DNA of 32,007 nt. Source: a virus. The DNA is taken from UHGV virus genome UHGV-1480848. One strand, given 5' to 3'. Of the stretch, positions 28,848-32,007 are shown piece by piece. Under the pieces are notes generated by a model. It ran no database searches and was not told where the DNA came from. It worked only from the letters and a program-made list of their open reading frames with translations. Position numbers and translations under genes: made by a program. How positions within the stretch are numbered: the stretch's first letter is position 1; each line of letters opens with the position of its first letter.

Positions 28848-29428
28848 ATGATTCCGCCCTGAACCGCCTGCTGACGCCGCTGATGCGTCGTGTGCGCCTG
28901 ATGCTTGCGCGCGCTGTTGTTAACGTGATTAACGACGGGCGAAAGGTTCAGAACCTGCAGGTCGGTCTGCTGGATGATGAGGAATCCGATGAAGTGGAGC
29001 GCCTGCAAAATTACGGACATTTCAGCGTTCCCCTGCCGGGCGCAGAGGCGCTGATTGCCTGTGTGGGTGCACAACGTGATCAGGGGATCGCCGTTGTGGT
29101 GGAAGACCGCCGCTACCGCCCGACAAATCTTGAACCGGGTGATGCAGGCATTTACCACCATGAGGGGCATCGTATCAGGCTGACAAAGGACGGACGCTGC
29201 ATCATTACCTGTAAAACGGTCGAGGTTTACGCTGATGAAAGTATGACCGTTGACACACCCAGAACCACGTTTACCGGCGACGTTGAGATCCAGAAAGGTC
29301 TGGGCGTTAAAGGTAAAAGCCAGTTCGACAGCAATATTACTGCCCCGGATGCCATCATCAATGGCAAATCGACGGATAAGCATATCCACCGTGGCGACAG
29401 CGGCGGAACCACGGGGCCAATGCAATGA
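28835..29428 (+). CDS. Baseplate spike / assembly protein V-like (Mu gp45-like)
   Basis: 197 aa; GTG start overlapping the upstream gene (uncertain). Confidence 0.7.
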   Translation: MERVNDSALNRLLTPLMRRVRLMLARAVVNVINDGRKVQNLQVGLLDDEESDEVERLQNYGHFSVPLPGAEALIACVGAQRDQGIAVVVEDRRYRPTNLEPGDAGIYHHEGHRIRLTKDGRCIITCKTVEVYADESMTVDTPRTTFTGDVEIQKGLGVKGKSQFDSNITAPDAIINGKSTDKHIHRGDSGGTTGPMQ

Positions 29429-29862
29429 CCGATTTAGCCATTATCTGGACGAACGGACGCGGCGATATTGCACAGGATGGCATTGATATGCTGACCGACG
29501 ACAGCCTGACAACCGATGTGACAATCTCCCTGTTTACCGACCGGCGCGCGCTGGATTCTGACACGCTGCCGGATGGTTCAGATGATCGCCGTGGATGGTG
29601 GGGTGACAGTTACCGCGACCGCCCCATCGGTTCGCGGTTGTGGCTGTTATCACGTGAAAAAGCCACACCGGATACGCTGGAACGTGCCAGAGGGTATGCC
29701 GAAGAGGCGCTGGAATGGCTGAAAACAGCGGGACGGGTAAGTGCAATTAACGTCAGAGCGGAACAGTTACATCAGGGCTGGTTATACCTCTACATTGCAC
29801 TGACATTACCGGATGGTTCCGTTATTCCTTATGAGTTTAAAGCAGCATTTAACGGGGTTTAA
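29425..29862 (+). CDS. Baseplate protein, Mu gp46-like (GP46/W family)
   Basis: 145 aa; ATGA overlap. Confidence 0.7.
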   Translation: MTDLAIIWTNGRGDIAQDGIDMLTDDSLTTDVTISLFTDRRALDSDTLPDGSDDRRGWWGDSYRDRPIGSRLWLLSREKATPDTLERARGYAEEALEWLKTAGRVSAINVRAEQLHQGWLYLYIALTLPDGSVIPYEFKAAFNGV

Positions 29863-30945
29863 ATGGCTTATTCACCACCGACATTATCATCGCTGATTGC
29901 CCGTACAGAACAGACTATTGAACAGCGCCTGCCGGGTAGCTGGCCTCAGGCCCGTGAAAAAACGCTGAGTGCCATTGCTTATGCTCAGGCAGGCCTTGCT
30001 GCCGGTTGTCACGAGCATATTTCATGGGTTGGACGGCAGATTATCCCGTCGACAGCAGATGAAGATGAGTTGCTGGAGCACTGCCGGTTCTGGGGCGTGC
30101 GCCGCAAACAGGCGACAGCCGCCAGCGGCCCGCTGACTGTCACCACATCGGCAGCGACCACCATTCCTGCCGGTACACGCTGGCAGCGTGCTGATGGTGT
30201 GGTTTACAGCCTGGCTGATGCCATTGTGATTGACCGTGCAGGAACGACGGAAATTACCGTTACCGCACTGGCTGCCGGTGAGGCAGGAAATACCGGTGAG
30301 AATACCCTTTTAACGTTAATCACCCCGGTTGCCTGTGTTGTTTCCGATGCCATCACTGTAAAAGGGTTTTCCGGTGGAGCTGATATTGAGAGTGCAGCGG
30401 AGCTGCTGTCACGGCTGGAATATCGTGTCCAGTATCCTCCGTTCGGCGGTAATCAGTTTGATTACGTCCGCTGGGCACGTGAAGTCAGCGGCGTTACCCG
30501 TGCCTGGTGTTTTCCGACATGGAAAGGCGGTGGCACAGTCGGGGTGACGTTTGTTATGGATAACCGGAGCAATATTTTTCCACAACCGGCAGACGTGGAA
30601 CGCGTGGCGGATTATATCGCCGGTCATACTGACCCGATCACCGGCCTGATTGTCGGACAGCCTGACGGTGTAAATGTCACTGTATTTGCGCCAAAGGCAA
30701 AGCCGGTCAATCCACGGATTTATATATCACCAAAGACAACCGAACTGAAACAGGCTATTACCCACGCCATTAATACCATGTTTTTTAATGAGGTGACGCC
30801 GGGCGGCGCACTTGCCCCCTCCCGTATTATCCGTGCGGTGGCAGGTGTTACCGGTCTGGATGATTTTGAAGTGCGTTACCCGACAGAGATCCAGCGTTCG
30901 GAGAATACGGAACTGTTAACACCGGGGACAATTGAATGGCTGTAA
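29863..30945 (+). CDS. Baseplate J-like protein (Mu gp47-like)
   Basis: 360 aa; start abuts the upstream stop. Confidence 0.75.
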   Translation: MAYSPPTLSSLIARTEQTIEQRLPGSWPQAREKTLSAIAYAQAGLAAGCHEHISWVGRQIIPSTADEDELLEHCRFWGVRRKQATAASGPLTVTTSAATTIPAGTRWQRADGVVYSLADAIVIDRAGTTEITVTALAAGEAGNTGENTLLTLITPVACVVSDAITVKGFSGGADIESAAELLSRLEYRVQYPPFGGNQFDYVRWAREVSGVTRAWCFPTWKGGGTVGVTFVMDNRSNIFPQPADVERVADYIAGHTDPITGLIVGQPDGVNVTVFAPKAKPVNPRIYISPKTTELKQAITHAINTMFFNEVTPGGALAPSRIIRAVAGVTGLDDFEVRYPTEIQRSENTELLTPGTIEWL

Positions 30946-31478
30946 CACCCTATCAGACGGCCTTTCTGCAATTACTGCCGTCAGGGCTTGCATGGAATAA
31001 AAGCCCCGACAGCAAATTATCTGCGCTGGCGCAGGCCATCAGCGACGTGATTGCCACTGCGGCGGATGATGCGCGGCAAATGCTGCGGGAGCGTTTCCCG
31101 TCCACATCCCGCTGGTATCTGGGGGAGTGGGAATCATTTCTGGGGTTGCCGGACTGTACCAGCGAAAACGGCACTCTGTCCGAACGCCAGCGGGCTGCCG
31201 CGAATAAAATGCGTATGACCGGCAATCTGAGTCGGCGCTTTTATGAATGGCTGGCTGCGCAGTACGGTTTTACCGTCAGGCTGACGGATTCCACAGAAGG
31301 CCAGTGGGTTACGCAGGTCAATATTTACGGTATTAAAAATTATCGCAACGCAACGGTGCTGGATAATGTTCTGACGCCGTTACGTGTTTATGAATCGGGT
31401 GCGCTGGAATGTTTACTGGAGAAATATAAACCCGCGCATCAGATTTATAAATTTGTTTACCATGACGGAGATAACTAA
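30936..31478 (+). CDS. Tail protein, Mu gp48-like
   Basis: 180 aa; overlaps the J-like gene by 10 nt; directly precedes the tail fibre gene. Confidence 0.65.
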   Translation: MAVTPYQTAFLQLLPSGLAWNKSPDSKLSALAQAISDVIATAADDARQMLRERFPSTSRWYLGEWESFLGLPDCTSENGTLSERQRAAANKMRMTGNLSRRFYEWLAAQYGFTVRLTDSTEGQWVTQVNIYGIKNYRNATVLDNVLTPLRVYESGALECLLEKYKPAHQIYKFVYHDGDN

Positions 31479-32007
31479 TGTTTTATATTGATAACGACAG
31501 CGGCGTAACCGTCATGCCGCCCGTATCCGCCCAGCGTAGTGCTATCGTTCGCTGGTTTTCAGAAGGTGACGGGAATAATGTTATCACATGGCCCGGCATG
31601 GACTGGTTTAATATTGTGCAGGCGGAGTTATTAAACACGCTGGAAGAAGCCGGTATTCAACCGGATAAAACAAAATTAAACCAGCTTGCACTGTCCATTA
31701 AAGCCATCATGAACAAGAACGCGCTGCTGATAAAAAATAACCTCAGCGAAATTAAAACTGCCGGGGCATCAGCACAGCGTACAGCACGTGAAAATCTGGA
31801 TATCTGGGATGCCAGCCTGAACAAGAAAGGACTCGTTCAGCTAACCAGTGCCACTGACAGCCCCAGTGAAACGCTGGCAGCCACCGCAAAAGCGGTGAAA
31901 ATTGCGATGGATAATGCCAATGCCCGTCTGGCAAAAGACCGGAACGGAGCAGATATTCCCAATAAGCCGCTGTTTATCCAAAACGTCGGTTTACAGGAAA
32001 CGGTAAA
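31478..32007 (+). CDS. Tail fibre protein, N-terminal part (runs off the window end)
   Basis: Hand-translated from ATG 31478 (TAATG overlap): MFYIDNDSGVTVMPPVSAQRSAIVRWFSEGDG..., open to the window end; not in the ORF track because it has no stop. Confidence 0.65.
   Translation, partial: MFYIDNDSGVTVMPPVSAQRSAIVRWFSEGDGNNVITWPGMDWFNIVQAELLNTLEEAGIQPDKTKLNQLALSIKAIMNKNALLIKNNLSEIKTAGASAQRTARENLDIWDASLNKKGLVQLTSATDSPSETLAATAKAVKIAMDNANARLAKDRNGADIPNKPLFIQNVGLQETV

Larger units (their letters stand above)
1..32007. mobile_element. Mu-like transposable prophage, left ~32 kb (attL side through tail/baseplate genes); right end outside window
   Basis: Gene order c/ner/A/B/gam/gemA/mor/C/lys/terminase/portal/F/G/I/T/sheath/tube/tape measure/baseplate is the Mu arrangement; DDE transposase plus AAA+ partner and no integrase. 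Exact left boundary not determinable (no TG dinucleotide in bases 1-20). Confidence 0.85.

Noticed and set aside
1-32007. CRISPR array, tRNA/rRNA genes, tyrosine/serine integrase, IS element
   Set aside because: No regularly spaced repeat-spacer array and no integrase-like or IS-transposase ORF beyond the MuA/MuB pair were seen. tRNAs were not searched for algorithmically; none was evident in the non-coding gaps.

Overview
The window is the left ~32 kb of a Mu-like transposable prophage with a contractile (myovirus-type) tail. It runs from the left-end transposase-binding repeats to the start of the tail fibre gene; the right end lies outside the window. Gene order matches phage Mu: a leftward repressor, then rightward ner, transposase A, ATPase B, a ~4 kb semi-essential block of small unknown ORFs with gam inside it, gemA, mor, a short middle operon ending in C, a lysis cassette, terminase/portal/head genes, and sheath/tube/tape-measure/baseplate genes. 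All but the repressor are on the + strand. I see no rRNA, tRNA, CRISPR array, integrase or IS element. Family assignments come from reading the translated ORFs against remembered Mu-family proteins; no database search was run, so gene starts and products need HMM/BLAST confirmation. The most notable observations are a 9-mer shared upstream of lys and I (candidate late-promoter element), a 196-bp G-I gap where Mu has its strong gyrase site, uncharacterised membrane proteins in the middle operon, an unexplained 144-bp gap before the tape-measure gene, and uncharacterised early-region ORFs. I did not find a clearly novel system, only candidates.
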